From an uncultured bacterium (GTDB lineage: Bacteria; Cyanobacteriota; Vampirovibrionia; Gastranaerophilales; Gastranaerophilaceae): a stretch of 40,664 nucleotides of DNA. Both the position numbers and the translations under genes were made by a program. Location: contig USHE01000001.1 of NCBI GenBank assembly GCA_900554385.1, positions 1 through 40,664 on the forward strand, read 5' to 3'. This document shows, in pieces, positions 25,671 to 35,250 of the stretch (position 1 is the stretch's first letter; every line of letters begins with the position of its first letter). The notes beneath the pieces are model-generated. The model was given only the letters and a program-made list of their open reading frames with translations, ran no database searches and had not been told where the DNA came from.

Positions 25671-27208
25671 ATACTCAATTCCTCTTTGGCAGGTTTGAAA
25701 TTAGGATTTATGGAGAGGCTTTTTTTGAAGTTATATATGGCGTCCTGCATAAGTCCCTGTGATTTACAAATCAGCCCTTGATAATAATAATATTTAAAAT
25801 TATTTTCGTCAATATATTTTGCAATTGCGAGATATTTTTTTGCGGTAGCAAAATTTTGTACATCAATCATCATTTTCGATAATTCGAGCCAGCCTTCCGT
25901 AAAATTTGAATCCAGTGCCACAGCTTTTTTGAGATATTCAAGCTTTCTTGTTGCATCTGTCATTGCGACATTATAGTAAGCCTGAGGACAGTCAGAGCGT
26001 ACTTTCAGAATTTTTGAATAAATATCTTTTGTTATATCGAGTTTGTCGAGTTTTCTTGCCGTTTCTGCAAGTCGAATTGCCGGTGCGATTGATTTTTTAT
26101 CCCGATTATAAGCTTTGTCATAGTATCTGTATGCTGTCTTGTAATCTTTATCTTTTGAATACAAATCACCCATCACAATGAGAGCCATAACGTTATTTTG
26201 TTGAATATTAAGTGCTTTTTCTGAGTAGCTTTCGGCTTTTTCATATTCTTTCATTTCAAAGTAAACTCGTGCCATAAGTGCATAGGTCGCGGTATTATGT
26301 GCTTTTTTTGTATCAGATGCTGTTAGCAGAGTACGCATTGCTTTATTAAGTTCACCTTCATAATAATAATAATATCCGAGGTGATATTTCTTTTCATAGT
26401 CTTTTTTAGCGGCTTTGTAGAGGACATATTGTTCAAGCGAATAAATTTTAGTTATATAAAATTCATTCATAACCGGAGCTTGTTTCATTTCTTCTACAAT
26501 TTTTAGTGCTGTTTTATTTTTGTTATCCTGAAGGGCAATTTCAGCTTTGAGTTTTTTATATTTCAAATTTTCAGGATTTTTATCAATTGCAGAATCAATG
26601 TATTTGTTAGCGTTAATAAGGTTATTTGCTTTTAATGACCCGAGAGCCACTATGTAATTTGCATAGTCGGATTTTTGCAAAATCTCAGTGTTTTTCATAA
26701 GTTCATTAGTGGCTTCCATACTTTGAGCGTTGTACATTATGTTTGAGTACATTTCTGCAAGATAAATTTCATCTTTTGGGTTTAATTTGGCTGACGGGTA
26801 GTAAAATCTTTGGATGTCATCATTTACGATGTAGGAAATGTTTTCGTCATTTACTTTTGACAGCGATAATTCAGCCAGAGAGAAAAATCCTAAATCTGCC
26901 ATTTTGTTTGCAATCAGCATATATGCGTAATCATTTGGAACAATAGAATTAATCAAGACTCTAAAGTCTATATAAGATGCACGGACGTTGCATTGAATAA
27001 ATCTTTCAAGAGCAATTGCGTAATGATTATGTACATCATTTTTTGTGAGGACAGCTTTTTGAGGCTTGTTAATCTGAATAATTTCTTCTGATTTTTGCGG
27101 GGCAGCATCAAGCGGATTTGCGGGTTTTATATCGTCAAAACCTGAGGCAAATGTGGCTGCTGCTGTTAATGCTAATACTGTAGATACACACAATCCTTTT
27201 TTAAACAA
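25667..27208 (-). CDS. Secreted/periplasmic TPR-repeat protein
   Basis: Signal peptide MFKKGLCVSTVLALTAAATFA. Multiple 34-aa TPR units (e.g. AHNTATYALMARVYFEMKEYEKAESYSEKALNIQQNN, GLICKSQGLMQDAIYNFKKSLSINPNF). Confidence 0.85.
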   Translation of the reverse strand: MFKKGLCVSTVLALTAAATFASGFDDIKPANPLDAAPQKSEEIIQINKPQKAVLTKNDVHNHYAIALERFIQCNVRASYIDFRVLINSIVPNDYAYMLIANKMADLGFFSLAELSLSKVNDENISYIVNDDIQRFYYPSAKLNPKDEIYLAEMYSNIMYNAQSMEATNELMKNTEILQKSDYANYIVALGSLKANNLINANKYIDSAIDKNPENLKYKKLKAEIALQDNKNKTALKIVEEMKQAPVMNEFYITKIYSLEQYVLYKAAKKDYEKKYHLGYYYYYEGELNKAMRTLLTASDTKKAHNTATYALMARVYFEMKEYEKAESYSEKALNIQQNNVMALIVMGDLYSKDKDYKTAYRYYDKAYNRDKKSIAPAIRLAETARKLDKLDITKDIYSKILKVRSDCPQAYYNVAMTDATRKLEYLKKAVALDSNFTEGWLELSKMMIDVQNFATAKKYLAIAKYIDENNFKYYYYQGLICKSQGLMQDAIYNFKKSLSINPNFKPAKEELSI

Positions 27209-27210
27209 AT

Positions 27211-28929
27211 TTATTCCTCTCCGTTATTAGTTTTACCTGAATAGTAACGATTAAACAATTCTACTATATTTTTTTGTTCCTGTGAAGCATTTTCGTCGTT
27301 TGTAAAGTTATATATATCACGCAAGTTATATTTGCTCAATATATCTGCATCTTCAGGTTTTAAGTCATTATGGTTTTCCGTAAGAAATACTCTGACGATT
27401 TTTTCTGTAGGAATTTGCAGGAATACATCCACTATATTTTTATCAAAATGAGTGCCTGAATCTTTGAGTAGAATATTTATAACATTGGCAATCGGCATTT
27501 TATCTCGATAGTGACGTCTTGACGTGATTGCGTCAAAGACATCAGATACTGCAAGAATTCTTCCTCCATAAGGGATTTCTTCTCCTTTGAGATGTCTGTA
27601 ATATCCGCTGCCGTCATATTTTTCGTGATGCGAGCAGGCAATTTCCGATATTTGTTTGAAATCTTCGGACATACAGATTTTATCTAATATATTATGAGTA
27701 ATTTGAACATGTTCTTGAATATGTTTATATTCTTCCGGTGTGAGTTTCCCTTCTTTTTGCAGAACAGAATCCCTTATGCCTATTTTTCCGATATCGTGTA
27801 AGGTTGCGGCTTTTTCTATTAATTCTTTTGTCTTTTCGTCTAATCCGAGGGCGTTTACAATAAGCATTGAATAGAGTTTCACTCTGTTTGAGTGACCTGC
27901 TGTAATCTTGTCACGGGCATCGATAGAGGCTGCAAGAGTGTTTATAAAGCTTTCAAACAGCAATTTTTGTTCTTTGTAGAGTTCCTTTTGCTGTTCAAAT
28001 AATTGAGCATTTTCCAATGCTATACTTGCACTTCCGCCGATTGCAACAAGAAGATCCTCATCATTTTTTGTAAATATTCCGTGAGCTTTATTCAGAACCT
28101 GAAATGCGCCTATGATTTCCTGATTATTGTTTTTTATAGGCATACAAAGAATTGTTTTTGTTTTGTATCCTGTTTCTTTATCAACTTCCGGATTAAATCT
28201 GTCATCGTGGTAGGCGTCTTCAATGTTTACGGATTCGCCTGTTCTGACTACATATCCGGCAAGACCTTTGTCTACAGGAAATCTTATTTCTTTGCTATCC
28301 ATACCTAAAGCTACTTTTGACCACAATTCGTTTTTATCTTTGTCAAGAAGAAAAACAGTACATCTGTCTGCCTGCATTGCAATTTTTGTTTCTTCCGCAA
28401 TTACTTTCAAAAGTTCTGTAATGTCAGTCAGGGCATTAATTGAACGTCCTATTTTTACAAGAGAAACCAGAGGATCGCTTTGTATCGGTAAATTGAACTC
28501 CAGACCGCTTTGGAGCTGTTTAATTCTGGTTAATATGAAGCCTAGAAGGTTAAACTCATCTTTTTTAATTCCGTAATTTTTAGCGTTTTGAAAATGTAAA
28601 AGTGCGACATCAGTATTGTTTTCGCAGTAATTTATATTGCCCATTGAGATTTCATAGAAAATTTTTGATGTTATATCTCCGTCAAGTTCTGCCATATAAC
28701 AGCTGTCTTGCAACAATCCGAGTGCAGATTTGTAGTTACTTTTGTCTTCAAGATAATCCAGCATTCCGATAAGGCTCAGACAGATTGACATATATTTTCC
28801 GGCTTTTTGTTTTTTGAATATTTCCTGAGCTTCCAGTATTTGTTGTTTAGCTGTAGCATAATCCTTATTTTCCAGCGCAATTAAACTTTTTTGAATAAGT
28901 TCGCAACCTTCTGTCATCACCTTTTTCAT
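27211..28929 (-). CDS. TPR-like N-domain + GAF + HD-GYP-family phosphodiesterase (variant GYY motif)
   Basis: GAF: DRCTVFLLDKDKNELWSKVALG...LCMPIKN. HD-GYP: HSNRV, LHDIGKIGI, HHEKYDGSGYYRHLKGEEIPYGGRILAVSDVFDAITSRRHYR. Confidence 0.88.
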   Translation of the reverse strand: MKKVMTEGCELIQKSLIALENKDYATAKQQILEAQEIFKKQKAGKYMSICLSLIGMLDYLEDKSNYKSALGLLQDSCYMAELDGDITSKIFYEISMGNINYCENNTDVALLHFQNAKNYGIKKDEFNLLGFILTRIKQLQSGLEFNLPIQSDPLVSLVKIGRSINALTDITELLKVIAEETKIAMQADRCTVFLLDKDKNELWSKVALGMDSKEIRFPVDKGLAGYVVRTGESVNIEDAYHDDRFNPEVDKETGYKTKTILCMPIKNNNQEIIGAFQVLNKAHGIFTKNDEDLLVAIGGSASIALENAQLFEQQKELYKEQKLLFESFINTLAASIDARDKITAGHSNRVKLYSMLIVNALGLDEKTKELIEKAATLHDIGKIGIRDSVLQKEGKLTPEEYKHIQEHVQITHNILDKICMSEDFKQISEIACSHHEKYDGSGYYRHLKGEEIPYGGRILAVSDVFDAITSRRHYRDKMPIANVINILLKDSGTHFDKNIVDVFLQIPTEKIVRVFLTENHNDLKPEDADILSKYNLRDIYNFTNDENASQEQKNIVELFNRYYSGKTNNGEE

Positions 28930-29006
28930 TTTCGCTATCCTTTTACAATCTTCTATTTTTATTATACAATATTTTATTATAGATTACAAATCAATAGAGA
29001 GAACGT

Positions 29007-29693
29007 ATGAAAAAAATAACAATTTTAATTCCTGTTTATAACGAAGTCGGAACGCTTGAAGAAATTTTGAAAAAAGTTGAAAATGCGGATTTTTGCGGTT
29101 TGGAAAAAGAAATTATTTTGATTGATGACTATTCTACAGACGGAACGAGAGAAATATATGCGAGATTGCCTTATAAAGTTTTATACCACGATTTTAATCA
29201 GGGCAAAGGTGCTGCATTACGTACGGGATTTGAAAATGCAACAGGTGATATTATAGTCATACAGGATGCTGATTTGGAATATGATCCTGTGGATTATACA
29301 CCTCTTGTAAGGCTTATTGTAGATGGAAAAGCTGATGTCTGTTACGGGTCAAGACTTTCAGGCGGTAAACCGTCACGTTCTTTTATGTTTACACATCTTT
29401 TGGGTAATAAATTTTTATCGCTTATGACAAATATTCTCTACGGGTCGACTTTAACTGATATGGAAACTTGTTATAAGGCTTTTAAGGCAGATTTTATTAA
29501 AGGGATTAAAATTAAATCAGACAGGTTTGATTTTGAGCCGGAAATTACTGCAAAAGTTTTGAAAAGGGGCGCAAGACTTTATGAACTTCCTGTTTCTTAT
29601 TACGGACGGGAGTTTTCAGAGGGCAAAAAAATTACCTGGAAAGATGGTATTCACGCAATAATTGCTTTGATAAAGTACAGGTTTGTTGATTAG
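29007..29693 (+). CDS. Family-2 glycosyltransferase (polyprenol-phosphate glycosyltransferase-like)
   Basis: ILIPVYNE, IDDYSTDGT, IQDADLEYDP (DxD), YGSR. Confidence 0.88.
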   Translation: MKKITILIPVYNEVGTLEEILKKVENADFCGLEKEIILIDDYSTDGTREIYARLPYKVLYHDFNQGKGAALRTGFENATGDIIVIQDADLEYDPVDYTPLVRLIVDGKADVCYGSRLSGGKPSRSFMFTHLLGNKFLSLMTNILYGSTLTDMETCYKAFKADFIKGIKIKSDRFDFEPEITAKVLKRGARLYELPVSYYGREFSEGKKITWKDGIHAIIALIKYRFVD

Positions 29694-29775
29694 TTTACAA
29701 TTCCACATTGCAAGTTTTATTGACACATACGTTAAGATATGTTAAGATGTCTGCATTAAAAATGGAGGGTTAATT

Positions 29776-30291
29776 ATGGCTGATACACACCAAACTTTGA
29801 GATGTCCTGCTTGCGGTAAAGAGATGAAGAAGATTTTTATTCCGTCACAGGGTGTTAATATTGATATTTGTACTGACGGCTGCGGCGGAATTTTTTTCGA
29901 TAACAGAGAATTTAAAATGTTTGATGAAAAACATGAAGATATTGAGGATATTATTAAAGCAGTTGAAAATAAAGAATTTACAAGTGTAGATGAATCATTA
30001 CCGAGATATTGTCCGGCTTGCGGGGCTAAAATGGTCAAAAACTATGCCAGCGTAAGAAAGGAAGTTCAGATTGACGAATGTTACAGCTGCGGCGGAAAGT
30101 TTCTTGACCATGGAGAACTTACTAAAATCAGAAGCCAGTATGAAACGGAACTTGAACGTTCAAACGATTTTATGAAGTGTGTTTACAATGAAATAGGCGG
30201 AGAAATTAAAGCTGTCGAAGCTGCGTCTGAGAAAGCTCAAAGAAATAAATCCTTATTGAGAAAGTTGTTTGATAACTTAATTTTGGGTTAA
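29776..30291 (+). CDS. Protein with two TFIIB-type zinc-ribbon (zf-TFIIB-like) modules
   Basis: LRCPACGKEM...IDICTDGCGGIFFDNREF and YCPACGAKM...IDECYSCGGKFLDHGEL. RBS ggaggg. Confidence 0.65.
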   Translation: MADTHQTLRCPACGKEMKKIFIPSQGVNIDICTDGCGGIFFDNREFKMFDEKHEDIEDIIKAVENKEFTSVDESLPRYCPACGAKMVKNYASVRKEVQIDECYSCGGKFLDHGELTKIRSQYETELERSNDFMKCVYNEIGGEIKAVEAASEKAQRNKSLLRKLFDNLILG

Positions 30292-30442
30292 GTAGTAAAG
30301 GCAGGTAGCTATAAGGTTTTTGCCTGAGGCAGAATGATTGCGGACAGACTGTAAATCTACTGCTCGTCAGTGACTTTGGCAGTGCATTGAGCAGTCCGAA
30401 GATTCGTGTGCTTAAGGTAACACCGGGTTGTAATTATATGGT

Positions 30443-31306
30443 ATGATAATGAAATTCGACAATGTTGAAAATATCGCGTATTTAGGACCAAGTGCCTCTT
30501 TTTCAGAGATGGCAAAAGATTTGTTCTGCACAAGGTATAACATTTCGGCTTATCCTATTCCTATGCCGACTATACGGCAGGTTATCGAGTATGTTGAAAA
30601 TAATCCGGAAACTCTCGGTGTTCTTCCAGTTGAGAATTCAATTGAGGGAACGGTGAGGGAAACCCTCGATACTCTTATGCATAGCAAAAACCAGAATATA
30701 AAGATTTTATCCCAGATAATTATGCCGATACGCCACTGCCTTTTAGCCAGAACTACAGAATTTTACAGTATAACAGGCGGGGTAATCTCCCATCCTCAGG
30801 CTCTTGCGCAGTGCCAGAACTTTATTCATAATGAACTTCCCCGTAATATAAGACATATTGAAACTTCTAGTACGGCAGAAGCCGCACGAAGTCTTGCTGA
30901 TTATAATCTTACTTATGCAGCCATCGGCAGTGAAAAAACTGCAGAAGTTTATAATTTAAATATTTTAAGGGAAAATATAAATGATGATAAATCAAATAGA
31001 ACGAGATTTATTCTTATAGGTGATTTTGAAACTGAAAAAACCGGCAGAGATAGAACCTCTATTGCCTTTGCTACAGAAAATAAACCAGGTGCTTTGATGG
31101 AAATTTTGAATATTTTTTATCAAAATAACATAAATCTTTCCTATATATCCTCCCGTCCGTCGAAGCAAGAATTTGGGGATTATATATTTATTGTTAATTT
31201 TGACGGGCATGTAAAATCAAAAAAAATACTGGATACTCTTTCTAAAGTTAGGGAAAAAACTACTTTTATGAAATTTTTAGGTTCATATGAAAAGAATGTT
31301 TCTTGA
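30443..31306 (+). CDS. pheA: Prephenate dehydratase (PDT + ACT domains)
   Basis: YLGPSASFSEMA, LPVENSIEGTV, ISHPQALAQC, NRTRFILIG, ISSRPSK. The start may instead be the ATG at 30449. Confidence 0.9.
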   Translation: MIMKFDNVENIAYLGPSASFSEMAKDLFCTRYNISAYPIPMPTIRQVIEYVENNPETLGVLPVENSIEGTVRETLDTLMHSKNQNIKILSQIIMPIRHCLLARTTEFYSITGGVISHPQALAQCQNFIHNELPRNIRHIETSSTAEAARSLADYNLTYAAIGSEKTAEVYNLNILRENINDDKSNRTRFILIGDFETEKTGRDRTSIAFATENKPGALMEILNIFYQNNINLSYISSRPSKQEFGDYIFIVNFDGHVKSKKILDTLSKVREKTTFMKFLGSYEKNVS

Positions 31307-31381
31307 CGGATTTTTACATCATAGGATATAATATCTTATACGCTTTATTTATTTCTGTTCCTAAATATGGGAAGGAAATAT

Positions 31382-32323
31382 ATGTCAAATTCTCTCATAC
31401 CATATTCGTTTACTCCCGGAGCAAAGGCTAAGGCTCAGGAGGTAAATGCAAATTTTATTGCACTGGCAGAAAAAATTGAAGAAAATCGTGAATATACGAC
31501 TGGTCAAATAGCAGAAACTGTTGAAAAAATTGAACAGTCCACCGCTGAAGCTGAAAATAAAAAGGCTGACAAAAATTTGGGCAATACTTCTTTGATTTCA
31601 AATTGTGTTTTAGAATGTCCGAATGGGATCGTAACGGCTTCTGAAAATATAATTACAGTCAAAAAAGGTTTAAAAGTTATGATTCCTGATGGCTTCAATG
31701 AAGACGGAACACTTAAAACTATTACTTATGAAGTGCCTGAAGATATGAAGGTTACTGCGGTTAATAATTCTTATGTGAACTGTATTTATGTAACACCGAA
31801 CAGTTGTGGGTATGCTCAGTCTTATCTTGCATCTGAGGAAAAAATTTATGATAAACGTGGCATTGTATATGTTATGTCAGAAAACAAGTCTTATTTATAT
31901 AATGCTGAAACTTCGGACTGGGAAGCTATACAGGCTGTTGTAGTAGCACTTTATACTATTGCGGATAATGTTATTACATTTACAGAAATTGAAAAACCGG
32001 TGCAGGTACTTTCTTATGCTGACAGAAAAGCTGTATTAAATTGGATGATGCCTTGTTACCAAAATGCGGTGTCAAAGGTATGGGGAAATGCATATATCGC
32101 ACCATGCAATGGGTGGATTTATGCTTTTGCTACAGCACAGATAAATACATATCAGTCGCTTATCTTAAATGGCGTTTATTATACCTTTAACTGGGTTCGC
32201 AATGGGGATCAAGCATCTTCCTGTTGTATGCTGCCAGTAAAAAAGGGGGACTCTTATTGTACTTACAACGGTTATGTTAATACTGCTTATGTTTTCTTTA
32301 TACCAATGCAAGGAGGTAAGTAA
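31382..32323 (+). CDS. Phage tail-fibre / receptor-binding-protein-like protein. The start is moved to the second ATG.
   Basis: The N-terminus FTPGAKAKAQEVNANFIALAE resembles the F..Gt.a.A..vNaNF..l opening of many phage tail-fibre proteins. The C-terminal part is Cys/Tyr-rich and beta-rich (IAPCNGWIYAF...LNGVYY...LPVKKGDSY). A strong SD gggaaggaaa precedes the ATG at 31382. The track ORF starts at 31367. Confidence 0.5.
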   Translation: MSNSLIPYSFTPGAKAKAQEVNANFIALAEKIEENREYTTGQIAETVEKIEQSTAEAENKKADKNLGNTSLISNCVLECPNGIVTASENIITVKKGLKVMIPDGFNEDGTLKTITYEVPEDMKVTAVNNSYVNCIYVTPNSCGYAQSYLASEEKIYDKRGIVYVMSENKSYLYNAETSDWEAIQAVVVALYTIADNVITFTEIEKPVQVLSYADRKAVLNWMMPCYQNAVSKVWGNAYIAPCNGWIYAFATAQINTYQSLILNGVYYTFNWVRNGDQASSCCMLPVKKGDSYCTYNGYVNTAYVFFIPMQGGK

Positions 32324-32691
32324 TGTTTTATGTAATAAAAGATGAAAAATTGTATGAATTTGGAGATAATGTTAATTTCGCTTGGGAATATCCGCTAGAG
32401 GCACAAGAACTCACAGGTGTATCGCTTTCTGAATTTTATAAAAGTATGGATAGGTACAAAGTTAGAGAAGGTAAGCTGGTTGATATCTCTCAAACGGAAG
32501 AATATCTTGCAAAAGTGGCAGAAGAAGAAAAACTTGCTAAAAAAGAAGATATTCAAAATAAATTGGAGGAACTTGATTTAAAGTGTATCAGAGCAATGCG
32601 TGAGGGCGGTGTTGATAAAGACGGTATTCCTTTTTTGGAAAAATATCAATCTGAAATCATTGAGCTGCGTGAGGAGTACAATTCTTTATAA
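32323..32691 (+). CDS. Small acidic coiled-coil protein translationally coupled to the tail-fibre-like gene (possible fibre assembly/chaperone-like)
   Basis: TAATG stop/start overlap. MFYVIKDEKLYEF...KEDIQNKLEELDLKCIRAMRE... is typical of small proteins encoded next to phage fibre genes. This is recollection only, with no family assignment. Confidence 0.4.
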   Translation: MFYVIKDEKLYEFGDNVNFAWEYPLEAQELTGVSLSEFYKSMDRYKVREGKLVDISQTEEYLAKVAEEEKLAKKEDIQNKLEELDLKCIRAMREGGVDKDGIPFLEKYQSEIIELREEYNSL

Positions 32692-32696
32692 TTAAT

Positions 32697-32723
32697 AAAA
32701 AGGGTCTTAAAAGACCCTTTTTT
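32697..32723. terminator. Bidirectional rho-independent terminator
   Basis: Stem agggtc (32701-32706) / gaccct (32713-32718), flanked by aaaa and tttttt. Confidence 0.75.
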
Positions 32724-33249
32724 ATTTTAGATATTCCATCATACATCTTTGCAGGCTTTTTACAATGTTTTTTGCACAACGCTTTATCCCTTTGGGGTTG
32801 TGCATATCTTCAACAATTTCTGCAAATGGCTTATTCATTTCTTCAGAAAGTTTTTTATCTAACAAAAGAGCTTTATCTGCATAATCGCTTATTAAATATT
32901 TTCTGTCGTGGATGAAAGAGCTTTCCGGCATTTTGGAAACTTTATCTGAAAGTTTTCCTATAAAGCTGAAAACAGGAAGAAATTTGTCATGTTCGGGTAT
33001 TAATTTTCCGTTTAACGCAAAAATATCGGTGTCAAATGTTTTACAGTGACCAATATTTACAAAATTTGAATAGTAGGGGTTTTGTAAGTCCGGAAACTTT
33101 TTTATAAGATTTTTATATTCGCTTAAATCATTTCCAAGTGCGTCATCTGTCAATTGAGTATTAAAATATCTAAATTTATTATATTTGCAATGATCATCCT
33201 TATCGACAACAAAACTTGCATTTCTTATTCCTGTAAAAGATATATTCAT
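32722..33249 (-). CDS. Hypothetical protein (175 aa)
   Basis: Long ORF with SD aaagaggtg upstream. The N-terminus is MNISFTGIRN. No recognisable family. Confidence 0.55.
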   Translation of the reverse strand: MNISFTGIRNASFVVDKDDHCKYNKFRYFNTQLTDDALGNDLSEYKNLIKKFPDLQNPYYSNFVNIGHCKTFDTDIFALNGKLIPEHDKFLPVFSFIGKLSDKVSKMPESSFIHDRKYLISDYADKALLLDKKLSEEMNKPFAEIVEDMHNPKGIKRCAKNIVKSLQRCMMEYLK

Positions 33250-33350
33250 ATTTCACCTCTTTTTAATTTTAAATCGAAAGCAAAAAAAATTTGCTATTTT
33301 GTAAAGAAATTTTGTTTCTGGTACAATTTTTTTACTAAAGGAGAGAAATT

Positions 33351-34574
33351 ATGGTTGAAATAAGACAAGAATTTATAGAACAAGCAAAACATTTAACAAG
33401 AAACGCAGAAGTATTACCGGGCGGAATTGAGGAGCTGGCTGTAAAGTTGCAGTATTCTCACGATTCAAATACCCCATTAAGAGTAAAACTTGGCATGGAT
33501 CCTACTCGTCCTGATTTGCATTTGGGACATACTGTTGTAATGAGAAAACTTAGAGAATTTCAAAATCTAGGACATAAAATAGTTTTAATCGTTGGCGGAG
33601 CAACTGCTATGGTTGGTGACCCGTCAGGTAAATCTGAAACCCGACCTGCATTGACTAAAGAACAAGTCGCGGAAAATGCTAAATCTTATTTTGAACAAAT
33701 GTCAAAAGTGTTGGATGTTTCAAAGGCAGAAGTTACAAATAACGCTGATTGGCTTCATAAAATGAGTTTCGTAGATTTATTAAAACTCGCATCTCAGGTA
33801 ACGGTTGCTCAAATGATGACAAGAGATGATTTTGCAAAAAGATATTCTGAAGGTAAACCGATTGCAATTCACGAATTTTTCTATCCTTTGATGCAGGCTT
33901 ATGATTCGGTTGAGATTGATTCTGATATTGAATTGGGCGGAACAGATCAACGATTTAATACTTTATTAGGCAGAGATATTCAGGCTGCTTACGGCAAAAA
34001 ATATCCGCAGCTTGTAATGCTGTTGCCATTGTTGGAAGGTACTGACGGCGTGGTCAAAATGTCTAAAACTTACCCTGAACACTGTATTTCTCTGACGGAT
34101 TCAGAAGTAGATATGTTCGGTAAATTGATGAGTATTCCTGACAATATGATTTCAAGATATTTTAGCTTGTTGACAGACGCCACAAAAGATGAACTTGAAG
34201 CTATAGATAAACAAATTGCGGACGGTTCAGTAAATCCTAGAGATATTAAATTGAAACTTGCATATACAATTACCGCAGAATACCACGGTGAAGACGGAGC
34301 AAAAAAAGGACAGGATGCTTTTATCAATGTTGTTTCAAATAAAGGTATTCCTGATGATATCGAAGAAGTTGCAGGCATGAACGGCAAAAGTATTCTGGAT
34401 GTTCTTGTTGAACTTCAATTTGTCCAGAGTAAAGGTGAAGCAAAACGTCTTATTCAAGGCGGCGGCGTAAAACTTAACGGTGAAAAAATTGCCGATACGG
34501 GTTATATACTTAACTTAACAGAAGATGTAGTATTGCAGGCAGGTAAGAGAAAGTTTGCTAAACTTTTGAAGTAG
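33351..34574 (+). CDS. tyrS: Tyrosyl-tRNA synthetase (with C-terminal S4-like domain)
   Basis: HIGH motif (DLHLGHTV), KMSKS motif (VKMSKTY), GGTDQRFN. S4-like: KGEAKRLIQGGGVKLNGEKI. RBS aaaggagag. Confidence 0.93.
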   Translation: MVEIRQEFIEQAKHLTRNAEVLPGGIEELAVKLQYSHDSNTPLRVKLGMDPTRPDLHLGHTVVMRKLREFQNLGHKIVLIVGGATAMVGDPSGKSETRPALTKEQVAENAKSYFEQMSKVLDVSKAEVTNNADWLHKMSFVDLLKLASQVTVAQMMTRDDFAKRYSEGKPIAIHEFFYPLMQAYDSVEIDSDIELGGTDQRFNTLLGRDIQAAYGKKYPQLVMLLPLLEGTDGVVKMSKTYPEHCISLTDSEVDMFGKLMSIPDNMISRYFSLLTDATKDELEAIDKQIADGSVNPRDIKLKLAYTITAEYHGEDGAKKGQDAFINVVSNKGIPDDIEEVAGMNGKSILDVLVELQFVQSKGEAKRLIQGGGVKLNGEKIADTGYILNLTEDVVLQAGKRKFAKLLK

Positions 34575-34580
34575 GCATAT

Positions 34581-35237
34581 ATGTTCAAGATATTAAAACG
34601 TGGAATAACAAAAGTCAAAGAAGATATCAAAGTTATTTATGACAAAGATCCGGCTGCGACGAATTTGCTTGAGGTTATTTTGTGCTATCCGGGGCTTCAT
34701 GCGTTAATTGCTTATCGCTTTGCACATAGACTTTATAAGTGGCATATTCCGTTAATTCCGAGGATAATTTCATATCTTACACGAATTATAACCGGAATAG
34801 AAATTCATCCGGCTGCAAAAATAGGCAGAAGATTTTTTATAGACCACGGTGAGGGAGTTGTTATAGGTGCAACAACTATAATTGGAGATGATGTTCTGAT
34901 TTACCAGCAGGTAACACTTGGCGGAACAGGCAAGGAGCAAGGGAAACGGCATCCAACCCTTGGACACGGTGTAATTGTCGGAGCAGGAGCGAAGGTTTTA
35001 GGTAATATTACACTTGGAGATTATGTGAGAGTCGGTGCTGGGTCGGTTGTAGTGGAAGATGTTCCTGAATATTCTACTGTTGTTGGTATTCCCGGACGTG
35101 TTGTTCATAGAAAAATTAAAGATAAAAATGGCGTTTTGATGCATAACAGAATTCCAGATCCTGTGAAGTGTGAGCTTAACCGCTTAAAGTATGAAGTTCA
35201 GGAACTAAAAGAAGAACTTGAAGATTTGAAAAAATAG
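34581..35237 (+). CDS. cysE: Serine O-acetyltransferase with a short C-terminal coiled-coil tail
   Basis: DPAA..LLEVILCYPGLHALIAYRFAHRLY, GIEIHPAAKIG, FFIDHGEGVVIG, LGGTGKEQGKRHPTLG. Hexapeptide repeats are present. Confidence 0.92.
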   Translation: MFKILKRGITKVKEDIKVIYDKDPAATNLLEVILCYPGLHALIAYRFAHRLYKWHIPLIPRIISYLTRIITGIEIHPAAKIGRRFFIDHGEGVVIGATTIIGDDVLIYQQVTLGGTGKEQGKRHPTLGHGVIVGAGAKVLGNITLGDYVRVGAGSVVVEDVPEYSTVVGIPGRVVHRKIKDKNGVLMHNRIPDPVKCELNRLKYEVQELKEELEDLKK

Positions 35238-35250
35238 TGAGGTTTATTTT

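Noticed and set aside
30344-30360. tRNA-Tyr-like anticodon loop (CTGTAAA) in the pheA leader
   Set aside because: Only 3 of 5 anticodon-stem pairs form. No acceptor, D or T arms can be drawn around it, so it is not a tRNA.
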